DNA of 64,000 nt, from contig CBDCYI010000005.1 in NCBI GenBank assembly GCA_965224085.1, positions 2,112,001-2,176,000 of the forward strand, given 5' to 3'. Positions 11,385-21,864 of this stretch are shown here, one piece after another. Origin of the DNA: Candidatus Marinacidobacterales bacterium (GTDB lineage: Bacteria; Acidobacteriota; Vicinamibacteria; Marinacidobacterales; SMYC01). The notes under the pieces are model-generated. The model worked only from the letters and a program-made list of their open reading frames with translations. It had not been told where the DNA came from and ran no database searches. Made by a program: the position numbers and the translations under genes. Every line of letters starts with the position of its first letter. Position 1 is the stretch's first letter.

Positions 11385-12131
11385 ATGAACGCTGGGCATA
11401 TCCTGCAGGAGCTCGGGAAACAGATTCGAACGCGGCGCGTTCGAAAAGGGTTTAGCCAGCAACGACTTGCAGAGTTCGCCGGGCTCTCGCCGCGATACAT
11501 CTCGCAGCTCGAATCGGGCCAAGGCAACATCTCTATCCTGAAGCTGCACGAGCTTGGTCGGGTGCTCGGAGCTCCTCTTCACGAGCTCGTACGGGTTGGA
11601 GACCACCGCCACATCATAGCGATCGTCGGCCTGCGAGGCGCTGGAAAGAGCCTTGTCGGCGCCCAGCTCGCCGCCGAGCTCGGCACGTCTTTCGTCGAGC
11701 TCGACCAGCTCATCGAGGAGGAGGCAGGCCTCAGGCTGGCCGAGATCTTCGCGCTCCACGGCGAAAGTTACTATCGGCGTCTCCAGCACGACGTACTGTC
11801 ACGATTCGTCGCGACCCATACGGACACGGTGATCGCGACCGGCGGTAGCCTCGTCCACGGCCGCGCAACCTACGAGCTTCTAAAAGCCCATGCTCGAACC
11901 GTTTGGCTGAAAGCGCGGCCGGAACAACACCTCGAGCGCGTCGCCGCTCAAGGCGACCAGCGGCCCATGGCCGGGCGTTCGGATCCACTCGCCGAGCTTC
12001 GCACACTCCTGCTCGAGCGTGAGCCGCTCTACGCGGAGGCGGACGTCACGGTCGATACGAGCGCCCTTTCACCGGAAGGCGTGACGAAGAAAGTCATCGA
12101 GAAACTCGAAAGAAGTACAATCGGCGCATGA
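11385..12131 (+). CDS. boxR: XRE-HTH plus shikimate-kinase-like regulator (BzdR/BoxR family)
   Basis: N-terminal HTH (SQQRLAEFAGLSPRYISQLESG) and P-loop GLRGAGKS; divergent from boxC. Confidence 0.85.
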   Translation: MNAGHILQELGKQIRTRRVRKGFSQQRLAEFAGLSPRYISQLESGQGNISILKLHELGRVLGAPLHELVRVGDHRHIIAIVGLRGAGKSLVGAQLAAELGTSFVELDQLIEEEAGLRLAEIFALHGESYYRRLQHDVLSRFVATHTDTVIATGGSLVHGRATYELLKAHARTVWLKARPEQHLERVAAQGDQRPMAGRSDPLAELRTLLLEREPLYAEADVTVDTSALSPEGVTKKVIEKLERSTIGA

Positions 12132-14029
12132 AGCGCGTGGTGCTTACGCTTTGGCTCGCGAGCCGGGCCGCGCTCGCTCAAGATCCAATCGAGCCGATCG
12201 TTCCCGACGAGCTCCTCACGATTCCCCATATCCTCAAGACGCCGGTGATCTCGGATTTCGCGGTGGCGCCTGACGGCGGGACCGTGACACTCAGCTTGTC
12301 CAGCATCGGCAAGCAAACGCTGTGGATGATGCCAAAGGGCGACCCGGCCGGATCGCCCATCGCAACGAGCCGAGGCATGGGAGAGCGCGACGTCGATTGG
12401 TCTCCAGACGGCGAGCGCATCGCGTTCATCGGTCGCCGCGCAGACCAATGGCACGTCTTTATCTCGGATCCAAAAGGCGAGAACGCGCGGCAGTTAACAA
12501 GGCATCGGGGACAGGACCGAAAGCCGAGGTGGTCTCCTGACGGGTCGTACATCGCCTTCTTGACCGAACGAGTGGGTAGCGAGACCGGATGGGATCTGTG
12601 GGTGACGACCGTAGCTGAAGGCCGTGCACGCCAGCTGACGGAGCATCCTTTCGACGAAGCCGATCACCGATGGTCTCCCGACGGTACGCGCTTAGCACTC
12701 ACGTTCCGCGGCGGTCGTCACGTCGAGCGCGCCGTCGGCGTCGTCGGCCTCGAAGACGGCGAGCTCGACATCACCAGTCTTCTGCCCGCCGATTGGCAAG
12801 GCGACAGCTTCGGACCGCGTTGGTCGCCCGACGGTGCTCGGATTACGTTCGTATCGGACACTTCCGAACGAAAAGCCATCTACATCGTTTCTTCGAATAA
12901 AGGGAATAGAGGGGATGGAGGCACGCCCGAGCTCCTCGTCGATTCCGAGTTCGAGCTCACCGAGCCCGCTTTTAGCCCGGACGGAAACTATCTCGCGTAC
13001 CTCGAGAACCGCGACGGGAACCTCCGGCTCAAGCTGCACGATTTCGAGAAGGACGCGGAGAGAACGCTCACGATGCGCGCCGGCGTACACTCGCAGCCGG
13101 TTTGGCGCCCCGACGGAAAGGCTGTGCTCAGTCTCTTCGAAGCCTACAACTACCCGCGAGACGTCTGGGCCTATCCCATCGAAGGCGGGCGCGAGCGCCA
13201 GAGCGACACCTTGCCTCCCGATCTCGACGTGCGGCGGATGGCGCGGCCAGAGCTCGTTCGTTTCAAGAGCTTCGACGATCGCGAGGTCACGGGCTTTCTC
13301 TATCTTCCGGAGAGCGCCACGCCCGAGAGTCCCGTGCCCGTTCTCGTACGACCCCATGGCGGCCCGACCTCGCAGTGGACGAATCGCTGGCATCCGTTCG
13401 CGCAGCTTCTCACGCAGCGCGGCTACGCGGTCTTCGCGCCCAATGTCCGCGGGAGCACGGGCTACGGCGCCCTGTTCGAGAACTTGAACGACCGCGCGTG
13501 GGGCCAAGGAGATCTGGAAGACTTAATAGCGGGAACGCGCGCGGTGACAGCGCGGCCGGAAGTGCGAAACGATCGCATCGGCATTTGGGGCGTGAGCTAT
13601 GGCGGCTTTCTTACGCTCGCTGCCATCACCCGTTACCCGGAATTTTTTGCCTGCGCTGTCGAAGCGGTCGGGATGCCGGACTTGGAAGCACTGTACCGCC
13701 AGACGAACATCGAAGGCCAGAGCTACCTCGATCGCGAGCTCGGCCCGCTCCGAGGCAATCTCGAGCTCTATCGTCAACTGTCGCCGCTGAGCGATGTCGC
13801 TGCCACCCAGACGCCCCTTCTTTCGTTCCACGGACAGCACTACCCGCTCGTGCCCTACGAAACGAAGCGGCCGTTCTTCGATGCGCTCCGCGCGCGGCCG
13901 CAATATCCTCTGCTCGAGTACATCTTTCGGGGCGAGGAGGTACGAGGGACCTATCGCCACGATCTTCATCCGGAAGCGGCCTGGGCCTATGTCGAAAAAA
14001 TCCTCGAGTTTCTGGACATCTACTTGTGA
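12128..14029 (+). CDS. S9 prolyl oligopeptidase family protein with TolB/PD40 propeller
   Basis: Repeated WSPDG motifs, HGGP, and nucleophile motif GVSYGG. Confidence 0.88.
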   Translation: MKRVVLTLWLASRAALAQDPIEPIVPDELLTIPHILKTPVISDFAVAPDGGTVTLSLSSIGKQTLWMMPKGDPAGSPIATSRGMGERDVDWSPDGERIAFIGRRADQWHVFISDPKGENARQLTRHRGQDRKPRWSPDGSYIAFLTERVGSETGWDLWVTTVAEGRARQLTEHPFDEADHRWSPDGTRLALTFRGGRHVERAVGVVGLEDGELDITSLLPADWQGDSFGPRWSPDGARITFVSDTSERKAIYIVSSNKGNRGDGGTPELLVDSEFELTEPAFSPDGNYLAYLENRDGNLRLKLHDFEKDAERTLTMRAGVHSQPVWRPDGKAVLSLFEAYNYPRDVWAYPIEGGRERQSDTLPPDLDVRRMARPELVRFKSFDDREVTGFLYLPESATPESPVPVLVRPHGGPTSQWTNRWHPFAQLLTQRGYAVFAPNVRGSTGYGALFENLNDRAWGQGDLEDLIAGTRAVTARPEVRNDRIGIWGVSYGGFLTLAAITRYPEFFACAVEAVGMPDLEALYRQTNIEGQSYLDRELGPLRGNLELYRQLSPLSDVAATQTPLLSFHGQHYPLVPYETKRPFFDALRARPQYPLLEYIFRGEEVRGTYRHDLHPEAAWAYVEKILEFLDIYL

Positions 14030-15921
14030 CACGCGACCGGCGACATTACGTTTTCGATTTCGATAGCACGCTCGTTACAGTGGAGTCTTTTCCCGAACTC
14101 GCACGTCTTTCTCTCAAATCGCATCCCGAGCGCTCTGACCGACTCGGCGAAGTCGAGCGCATCACCGAGCTGACAGCTACGGGCGGCATGTCGATGGCGG
14201 AGGGGATTGCACTTCGCATCGAGCTACTCGACGCGCACAGAAAGCATATCGAGGCGCTCGTCCGCGTCTTGAAGCGCGCGATCTCTCCTTCGGTGAAGCG
14301 CAACAAAGCTTTCTTCAAGAAGTACAAGAGTCACATCTACGTTCTCTCGAACGGGTTTCGCGAATTCATCACCCCGGTCGTCGAGAGCCTGGGTATCTCG
14401 GATGCGCATGTCTTCGCGAATGTGTTTCTCTTCGACGCCAAGGACCACATCGTCGGCTTCGACTCCCGGAGCCCACTAATCCATCAAGACGGCAAAGCAC
14501 GCGTACTCCGTCAACTGCAGCTCGATGGCGAGATTTACGTGATCGGGGACGGTTATAGCGACGTCAAGATGCGCGAGGCCGGGCTCGCCACGCGCTTTTA
14601 TGCCTTTACCGAGAGCGCGCGGCGCGAGCCCATCGTCGAGATCGCCGACCACGTGCTGCCGAGCCTCGACGAGTTTCTCTACATCCACAAATTTCCGATG
14701 TCGATCTCTTACCCCAAAACGCGGATTCGCGTCTTGTTGGTGGAAGACATCCACAACGCCGCACAGAAACATTTCGACAAAGAAGGCTACGAAGTGCGCA
14801 CGCTGCCCGCTGGGTTGAGCGAAGACGAGCTCATTCGGGAGCTGGACGACGTCACGCTGCTCGGCATTCGGTCAGGCACGCGAATCACACGGCGCGTTCT
14901 CGAATCCACCGAGAAGCTCAAAGGCATCGGCGCTTTTTGCATCGGAACGAATCGAATCGACCTCCACGCCTGCTCGGAACGCGGCGTCATCGTGTTCAAC
15001 GCTCCTTATGCGAACACACGGAGCGTCGTGGAGCTCGCGATTGGCGAAATTATCATGCTGGCGCGGAAAGTTTTCGAAAAGTCTTCCGGCATTCATCGCG
15101 GTGTTTGGGACAAGAGTGCTCCCGGTGCCTTCGAGATCCGCGGCAAGAAGCTCGGGGTCGTGGGCTACGGCAACATCGGCTCCCAGCTCTCCGTCCTCGC
15201 GGAAGGTATGGGCCTCGACGTCTATTACTACGACATCGTCGAACGGCTCCCACTCGGAAACGCGACCAAATGTCGCTCGCTCAAGGATCTCTTGAAGCGG
15301 GCCGACATCGTCAGCATCCATGTCGACGGCCGCGCACACAACCACGAGCTCTTCGGCGAGCGCGAGCTCCGAATGATGAAGAAAGGCGCGCTCCTTCTGA
15401 ATCTGTCGCGCGGCTTTGTCGTCGATATCGACGCCCTCAAAAAAGCTCTTGGGAGCGGACACCTCGCCGGCGCCGGCTTGGACGTGTTTCCGGAAGAGCC
15501 GGCCGGGAACGACAGTCCCTTTTCGTCGCCGCTTCAAGGGCTCGAGAACGTGATCTTGACGCCCCATATCGGCGGAAACACCCGTGAAGCCCAAGAGAAC
15601 ATTGCCGATTTCGTCTCCGGTGCGCTCATCTCTTTTGTTAATTCGGGAAACTCCTTCGGAAGCGTCAACTTTCCCAGCGTGCAGCTACCCGATTTACGGC
15701 GTGCTCATCGCTTCATCCACATTCACCGAAACGAGCCCGGCGTCCTCGCCGCCATCAACCAGGTCATGGCGCAGCACAAGATCAACATTCTGGGACAGTA
15801 CTTGAAGACCAACGAGCGCATGGGTTACGTCATCACCGACGTGAGCAAGAGATACCAAACACGGGTGATCGAAGAGCTCAAGAAAGTACCCCACACGATC
15901 CACTTCCGTGTCTTGTATTGA
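14026..15921 (+). CDS. serA: D-3-phosphoglycerate dehydrogenase with N-terminal HAD (SerB-like) domain and C-terminal ACT
   Basis: GTG start overlaps the upstream stop. FDFDSTL and IGDGYSD are HAD motifs; GYGNIGSQ, LTPHIGG and HIHRNEPGVL match SerA and ACT. Confidence 0.88.
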   Translation: MTRDRRHYVFDFDSTLVTVESFPELARLSLKSHPERSDRLGEVERITELTATGGMSMAEGIALRIELLDAHRKHIEALVRVLKRAISPSVKRNKAFFKKYKSHIYVLSNGFREFITPVVESLGISDAHVFANVFLFDAKDHIVGFDSRSPLIHQDGKARVLRQLQLDGEIYVIGDGYSDVKMREAGLATRFYAFTESARREPIVEIADHVLPSLDEFLYIHKFPMSISYPKTRIRVLLVEDIHNAAQKHFDKEGYEVRTLPAGLSEDELIRELDDVTLLGIRSGTRITRRVLESTEKLKGIGAFCIGTNRIDLHACSERGVIVFNAPYANTRSVVELAIGEIIMLARKVFEKSSGIHRGVWDKSAPGAFEIRGKKLGVVGYGNIGSQLSVLAEGMGLDVYYYDIVERLPLGNATKCRSLKDLLKRADIVSIHVDGRAHNHELFGERELRMMKKGALLLNLSRGFVVDIDALKKALGSGHLAGAGLDVFPEEPAGNDSPFSSPLQGLENVILTPHIGGNTREAQENIADFVSGALISFVNSGNSFGSVNFPSVQLPDLRRAHRFIHIHRNEPGVLAAINQVMAQHKINILGQYLKTNERMGYVITDVSKRYQTRVIEELKKVPHTIHFRVLY

Positions 15922-15968
15922 GCCGACGAACACCAGAGCGGTGTCGCTGTCTGGTAACCTGTTAATGG

Positions 15969-16385
15969 ATGAAGAAAACGCTTTTCTATCGGCTCTTCGG
16001 ATGGGGGCAGCTCCCCAAAGCGATGCGCCCGATACTGGAGAGCGAGGGGATAGCGCTCTTCGACGAGGGCGTCGGCGGCACCGTCACGCTTCGGAACTAT
16101 CGCTCACCGACACGGCGCTCGGGCTATCGCTGCAGCTGGTTCACGGGGTCCGTCGTCGTGACCGGGATCCGCTTCGCCGCCTTCTCGTTCAGCCGGCCGA
16201 TCATCAACGTCCCGCTCGACGAGGAACGGCTAGGTCTGCTCGACTGCTCCATCGAAAAAGGGACGAAGCTCAAAGTCGCGTACGATGCCGCCGACTTCGA
16301 CGACAATGCGACGGGAAAGGTCGAGCTCCGCTTTCGAACGGCGAAAGCGCGGCTGTTTCTCGAGCGGATCCAGCAGACTCGCTGA
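15969..16385 (+). CDS. Hypothetical protein
   Basis: 138-aa ORF in operon orientation with protein-like composition. Confidence 0.6.
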   Translation: MKKTLFYRLFGWGQLPKAMRPILESEGIALFDEGVGGTVTLRNYRSPTRRSGYRCSWFTGSVVVTGIRFAAFSFSRPIINVPLDEERLGLLDCSIEKGTKLKVAYDAADFDDNATGKVELRFRTAKARLFLERIQQTR

Positions 16386-16410
16386 CGAACTGGCCAAGGG
16401 CGGAAGCCCT

Positions 16411-17229
16411 ATGAAGCTCGCCTGGGCCACCGACATCCACCTTGACCATGCGTCCGAGGCGGTCGACGAAGCCTTCTGTGCCGACATCGCCGATTCGGGA
16501 GCGGAGGCGTTGCTGATCGGAGGCGATATCGGTGAAGCCAGCAACCTCGTCAGGTGGCTGCATTTCGTCTCCGAGCGTGTACGACTGCCAGTCTATTTCG
16601 TCCTGGGAAACCACGACTACTACGGAAGTGACATCGCCACGGTGCGTGCACGGATGCGAACGCTCGACTCAGCCTGGGCCAAGTGGCTTCCCCATGCTGA
16701 GCTCGTCGAGCTCAGCGAGCACACCGCGCTGGTGGGCCATGGAGGGTGGGGGGACGCGCGCTTTGGGAACTTCGAAGCGCCTGCTCTCTTGAGCGACTAC
16801 TTCGTGATCCAGGACCTTCGTGAGTCCACGGGAGGCGGCAACGCTCTCGCCGTCCTGAACAACCTGCCCGCGCTCGAGCGCAAGCTCGGCGAGCTCGGAG
16901 GCGATGCGGCGGCCACGCTCTTGCCCTTCTATCGAGACGCTCTCGAGCGATTCGACGAAGTCCTCGTGCTGACCCATGTGCCGCCCTTTCGAGAAGCTTG
17001 CTGGCATGAGGGACGTATCTCGGATGACGCGTGGCTCCCGGGTTTCACGTGCAAGGCGATGGGACAGATGTTGATCGAGGGCGCGCGGGATCATCCGGAT
17101 AGGGAAGTTACCGTCTTGTGTGGACACACGCATGGAAGCGGCGAAGCTCGCATCTTGAAGAACCTGGTCGCCATCACAGGCGAAGCTCGATACGGCGCGC
17201 CCGGCTTTCGCGTTCTGGAAGTGAAGTGA
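16411..17229 (+). CDS. Calcineurin-like metallophosphoesterase
   Basis: TDIHL, GGDI, LGNHD, THVPP and CGHTH motifs. Confidence 0.88.
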   Translation: MKLAWATDIHLDHASEAVDEAFCADIADSGAEALLIGGDIGEASNLVRWLHFVSERVRLPVYFVLGNHDYYGSDIATVRARMRTLDSAWAKWLPHAELVELSEHTALVGHGGWGDARFGNFEAPALLSDYFVIQDLRESTGGGNALAVLNNLPALERKLGELGGDAAATLLPFYRDALERFDEVLVLTHVPPFREACWHEGRISDDAWLPGFTCKAMGQMLIEGARDHPDREVTVLCGHTHGSGEARILKNLVAITGEARYGAPGFRVLEVK

Positions 17230-17804
17230 AGTGACGGTACGCGTACTTGTTATCCTACCTATTGAACCGCTAGATTGCTTTTCAAGCTAGGGAAAGATAT
17301 GGCACTTATTCGCGGGAGTTCCAAGTGCTCATGAGCAAGATACGGGACCGTTGGGAACGGTTCGAGACCTGATTCGGGCGCGACAGCGGACGTCGTGAAA
17401 GAGCATCTGGTCGGTACCGCGCTCGAGAAGCAGCCAGTACTCCGCGTGTGTGCGGCATCGGCGACGTCCGCTGCGCTCGCGAAAGATGTGGGAGGGCGTT
17501 CGCGTTGCTGACGCCTTCGTCGCGGAATCAAACCGTGGGAAATCACGGCGATTGCGGCAAAGTAGAGCTCCGTCACCCGTCGATATCGTGACATGCGATC
17601 TATCCACCGTCCCGCGCGGTTGCTTGCGCCCTCTCGTTGGACACGGCGTCGAGGAGCGGCGTCAGCGCGGCTCGCCATCCAACGAGAGGTCGATGAAGTT
17701 GAGTTGAGACTCCGAACCGCCGGCACCGCGCCCAGCTCCGGTGAAGCCCGCACTCGTGCGCCACAATCCGGTATCGGTTCGTAGTTCGCTACGAACCGTT
17801 ACAG

Positions 17805-18121
17805 CTAGTGAAACGCATAACCCAACGTTCGCGCCGCATTGCGAATGATGGACAGCATGGCGGGGTCAGCGAGCGCCCGGTGAAAGCGCGGAACCTCCGG
17901 CAGCACACCGACAGCTTCAGCACGATCCGTCAAGACCACGGCGTTTGCATTCGCGTGCATCGACGATGGATAGCACAAACCATGCAAGCTCTCGTATGCC
18001 TCGTAGTAACCCTGTGCCCAGCGTCTCGCGACCGAACGCGCACATGACATAAGACCCATTGAGGCGCCGCTTCGCGTGGCACTGGTGGCCGGCACCTGGC
18101 TGATTCTGCGAATCTAGCCAC
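17805..18121 (-). pseudogene. RES-domain protein remnant
   Basis: The C-terminal ARRWAQGYYEAY...HGLCYPSSMH...AVVLTDRA resembles RES proteins. The N-terminal part is short and out of frame. Confidence 0.5.
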
Positions 18122-18470
18122 AGAGCATCTCTCCTGGAACCTCGCCGATAAGAAAGACCCGAAAAAGAAGCTCGAGAGGCGGAGAAAGAAGCACAAAGCA
18201 GACGGCGCGCCATCTCGTTCAGATACGAGATGGCGATAAAGACGAGCCGGCCAAGCTCGATACGTTGCCTCCGAGGTTAGAGAACGCGTCCACGAGCGTG
18301 ATGGCTATCAGTGTCTGTATTTTAGCCGCGACGGCACGCGATGCACCGCGCACAAGGACCTCCACCTCGACCGTAGGTCGCCGTTTGTTTGACGGCGACC
18401 AATTCGTTCTGGACCAACGTTCCCTTTTCAAGAACGAGGCGCAAACAACCCCGGTGATAAACTCGCTCGA

Positions 18471-19211
18471 ATGGAGCACGATGAGTATCGAAAACTCCAC
18501 GAGCTCGAAGACCACATGTGGTGGTTCCGCGGTATGGAGCGCATTTCCTTGGCACTCGTCGAGCGCTTTGTCGCCAACGCCTCCGAGCTCGCGATCCTCG
18601 ATGCCGGTTGCGGCACTGGAGGCATGCTCCAACCACTGAGCCGTTTCGGAACCGTAACCGCCCTCGATCGTTCCGCCGAAGCGCTTCGGCTCGCCAACAC
18701 ACGCGGAACGGGAGCGCTCGTCCAAGCATCCGTCGAGCGCGTGCCGCTCGCCGAGAAGAGCTTCCATCTCGTGACATCCTTCGACGTGCTTTACCATCTC
18801 GACGTCCGCAACGATACCGAAGCGCTCGCCGAGATCACGCGTGTGCTTCGGCCCGGCGGGACTTTTCTCGTCCGGGTACCGGCGCACGAGGCGCTTCGCA
18901 GCCAGCACGACGAGGCTGTCCACACGCGCCAACGTTACGGGAGAAACGAGCTGACCAAAAAACTTCAGAGCGCCGGGCTCGAGCCGATCTTCGTGTCTTA
19001 CGCGAATTGTCTGCTCTTTCCCCTCGCTCTTTTGCGCCGGCGCGCTGAAAAGCTCACGCGCGGAAAGCGCGAGGGCTCCGAAGTCGAAGCCTACCATCCG
19101 GTCCTCAACCAACTGCTCTCGATCCCGCTTGCGATCGAAGCTTGGCTTCTTCGCCGAACATCTCTCCCCTTCGGCCTTTCGCTCGTCGCGGTCGCGAGAA
19201 AACCCACATGA
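18471..19211 (+). CDS. Class I SAM-dependent methyltransferase
   Basis: ILDAGCGTG, DVLYHL and RVLRPGG motifs. Confidence 0.88.
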   Translation: MEHDEYRKLHELEDHMWWFRGMERISLALVERFVANASELAILDAGCGTGGMLQPLSRFGTVTALDRSAEALRLANTRGTGALVQASVERVPLAEKSFHLVTSFDVLYHLDVRNDTEALAEITRVLRPGGTFLVRVPAHEALRSQHDEAVHTRQRYGRNELTKKLQSAGLEPIFVSYANCLLFPLALLRRRAEKLTRGKREGSEVEAYHPVLNQLLSIPLAIEAWLLRRTSLPFGLSLVAVARKPT

Positions 19212-19336
19212 CGGATTGGGACGAGATCCGCACGCACTTTCCCGCTCTTCAGGGTCGTGTCGACTTGAATACCACTGTCGGCGGTCCGATGTGCCGTGAG
19301 GCGGTCGAGCCTGTGCGCAAGTATTTTGACGAGTGA
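19208..19336 (+). pseudogene. N-terminal stub of a class V aminotransferase/cysteine desulfurase
   Basis: MTDWDEIRTHFPALQGRVDLNT..GGP resembles the family start (IR..FP.L...YLN). It stops after 42 aa. Confidence 0.6.
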
Positions 19337-19656
19337 GCCTGGACGCTCTCACCGGACGTCGCGCGGCGCCAAACATCCTTCAAATCGACGCGGTCGTCTG
19401 TCAGCTCCTGCATGGGCAGCGGCATCAACGGGTAGGCGCCACCGGGGCGAAAGCGCACGGCAACGGTTGGGCCAATGTCACCGCGCGGGATGAAGAGAGC
19501 ACGGTTCATCGTTCCTACGACGTAGGGAGCCTCTCCCTCCGGGAACAAGATGTCCACAGAACCGTCGGGGAGCACGGGCATCGGACCCGCTCCCCGTGTG
19601 CAGTAGCACTCCACGTAGCGGCGAAGCGCCTGAGACGGGAGGTATTCGCGATACAT
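19330..19656 (-). pseudogene. AraC-family regulator N-terminal domain, HTH missing
   Basis: MYREYLPSQALRRYVECY...VLPDGSVDILF...AVRFRPGG; collides with the convergent stub. Confidence 0.6.
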
Positions 19657-19658
19657 GT

Positions 19659-20531
19659 TCAGGGGATCTGATTCGCCGCGTGGTACGAACTGCGCACGAG
19701 CGGCCCAGCTTCGACATGGCGGAAGCCAATCTCGCGGCCTTTCCGGGCGAGAGCGACGAACTCGTCCGGATGCACGTAGCGATCGATGGGCAAGTGATCG
19801 CGCGTCGGCTGCAGGTATTGCCCGATGGTAAACACGTCGACGCGGGCTTTGACGACGAGTTCCCGCATAACCTCTTCCACTTCGTTGAGGCTTTCGCCGA
19901 GGCCGACCATAAGCCCCGTCTTACTAATAACGTCAGGAGCGATGGTTTTCGCGCGCTCGAGAAGCTCCACGGATTGCGCAAAGCGCGCGCCCGACCGCAC
20001 ATGCTTATAGAGCCTCGGTACCGTCTCGATATTGTGGTTCAGGATCTGTGGTTTCGCGGCGAGAACGGCTTCGAGCGAGGCCCGAGAGCCTTTGAAGTCC
20101 GGGATCAACACCTCGATGTTCGTTTCGGGATTGCGGCGGCGGACAGCCTCGATGGTCTCGGCGAAAATAGCAGCGCCCCCGTCGGGAAGCTCGTCGCGAT
20201 TGACCGATGTGATCACAGCGTGGCTCAGGCCCATCGCCTCGACCGCCTTGGCCACCCGCTCCGGTTCCTCTCGATCGAGGATCTGAGGAAGCCCGGTCTT
20301 CACGGCGCAGAACCCGCAGCTGCGGGTGCAAACGTCGCCGAGGATCATGAACGTGGCCGTACCTTGCCCCCAGCACTCGGCGACGTTGGGGCAGCGCGCT
20401 TCCTCGCACACAGTGTGCAGGTTCAGGCTGCGCATCGTGCTCTTCAGCCGGAAATAGTCATCCCCGCTCGGCAGGCGTACCTTCAGCCAATCGGGTCTAG
20501 GAGAACGTGTTATCGTTACCATCGGTGCCAC
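19659..20531 (-). CDS. lipA: Lipoyl synthase
   Basis: CEEARCPNVAEC and CTRSCGFC clusters; RSSYHA. Confidence 0.96.
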   Translation of the reverse strand: MAPMVTITRSPRPDWLKVRLPSGDDYFRLKSTMRSLNLHTVCEEARCPNVAECWGQGTATFMILGDVCTRSCGFCAVKTGLPQILDREEPERVAKAVEAMGLSHAVITSVNRDELPDGGAAIFAETIEAVRRRNPETNIEVLIPDFKGSRASLEAVLAAKPQILNHNIETVPRLYKHVRSGARFAQSVELLERAKTIAPDVISKTGLMVGLGESLNEVEEVMRELVVKARVDVFTIGQYLQPTRDHLPIDRYVHPDEFVALARKGREIGFRHVEAGPLVRSSYHAANQIP

Positions 20532-21826
20532 TATAGTATTTTTTCGTCCCAGCCTTCGAGCCGGCGTTTGACGTCGGCCATGAACTGGTCCCCGAGCGCG
20601 CCGTCTATGAGGCGATGGTCGAAAGAGAGAGCGAGATACACCATCGAGCGCACCGCGATGCCTTCGTTGACGACAACCGGACGCTTGTGGATGCCGCCGA
20701 TCCCCAGGATGGCGACTTGAGGCTGGTTGATGATCGGTGTTCCGAAGAGGCCGCCAAAAGGGCCCGGGTTCGTGAGTGTGAACGTCCCGCCCTGCACGTC
20801 TGCGGGCATCAACTTTTTCGTGCGCGCGCGCTCGCCGACATCGTTCACGGCCCGCGTGAGCCCGAGGAAGCTCTTTTCGTCGACATGTTGGATCACGGGG
20901 ACGATGAGCCCGCCCTCGAGAGCGACGGCGATACCGATGTTGTAATCGCGGTGGTAAACGATCTTGTCGCCATCGATCGAAGCGTTGACCAGCGGAAACG
21001 TTTTGAGAGCACCGAGCACGGCGGCGACGAAAAACGGGGTGTAGGTGAGCCGGACGCCGTCTCGCTCGAAGATGGGCTTGTGCTCATTCCTAAGCGCCAC
21101 GATCCGGCTGACATCGGCTTCGAACACCGTCGTCACGTGCGCGGAGGTCTGCCGTGAGATCACCATGTGCTCGGCAATGGACTTCCGCATTTTGCTCATC
21201 GGCTCGACATCGACGCGGCTCTGTTGAACCGGCGGTGGCGAGGCCGCCGTCGCAGGAAGGGCCGCCGTAGGCGGGGTCGCACCAGGCGTCGGCGCTAACA
21301 GTGGTTTCGGTGTCGCTTCGGCCGCCGTGGGTGATGCTAGAAAACTCTCGATGTCCTGCTTCGTCACACGGCCGCCCCGCCCCGTTCCGGTGAGCTGGCT
21401 CAAGTCCAAATTGTGCTCGCGAGCCATCTTGCGGACGAGCGGAGAGCTGCGTAGTCCAGGCTCGGACGCCTCCGGCTCAGGACTCGCCGGCGTTGGGGCG
21501 ACGCTCACGCGGGGGATGGGTTGCGTTGAGACGGTTGCAGGCGTGCTCTCTGCTTCGGTAGTAGGAGCGGTCGGCGCCGCCTCCTGTTGGACCTCCCCAC
21601 CGATTACACCGATGACGGTCATGATGGCGACGGTCTCGCCTTCTTGAACCTTGATCTCCGACAAGATGCCCGCGACGGGGGCCGGGATCTCCGTGTCGAC
21701 CTTATCGGTCGAGATCTCGAGCAGCGGCTCGTCGCGCTCGACCAGCTCCCCAACCTTCTTGTACCACTTCGTGATAGTGCCTTCGGCGATGCTCTCGCCC
21801 ATTTGCGGCATGATGACGTCAGTCAT
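20531..21826 (-). CDS. 2-oxoacid dehydrogenase E2 dihydrolipoamide acyltransferase
   Basis: Lipoyl domain ISTDKVDTE, E3-binding SPLVRKMA...GTGRGGRVTK, and catalytic SFDHRLIDG. Confidence 0.93.
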   Translation of the reverse strand: MTDVIMPQMGESIAEGTITKWYKKVGELVERDEPLLEISTDKVDTEIPAPVAGILSEIKVQEGETVAIMTVIGVIGGEVQQEAAPTAPTTEAESTPATVSTQPIPRVSVAPTPASPEPEASEPGLRSSPLVRKMAREHNLDLSQLTGTGRGGRVTKQDIESFLASPTAAEATPKPLLAPTPGATPPTAALPATAASPPPVQQSRVDVEPMSKMRKSIAEHMVISRQTSAHVTTVFEADVSRIVALRNEHKPIFERDGVRLTYTPFFVAAVLGALKTFPLVNASIDGDKIVYHRDYNIGIAVALEGGLIVPVIQHVDEKSFLGLTRAVNDVGERARTKKLMPADVQGGTFTLTNPGPFGGLFGTPIINQPQVAILGIGGIHKRPVVVNEGIAVRSMVYLALSFDHRLIDGALGDQFMADVKRRLEGWDEKIL

Positions 21827-21864
21827 GGGTTCCCTTCTTACTGCGGCGGCTCGTAACTCACCCT

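Noticed and set aside
13102-14025. Apparent 939-aa SerA with a long N-terminal extension
   Set aside because: The extension is an Arg-rich off-frame read of the S9 peptidase. The real start is the GTG at 14026.
17259-17790. Possible gene or ncRNA between the phosphoesterase and the RES remnant
   Set aside because: No convincing frame, motif or structure could be recognised.
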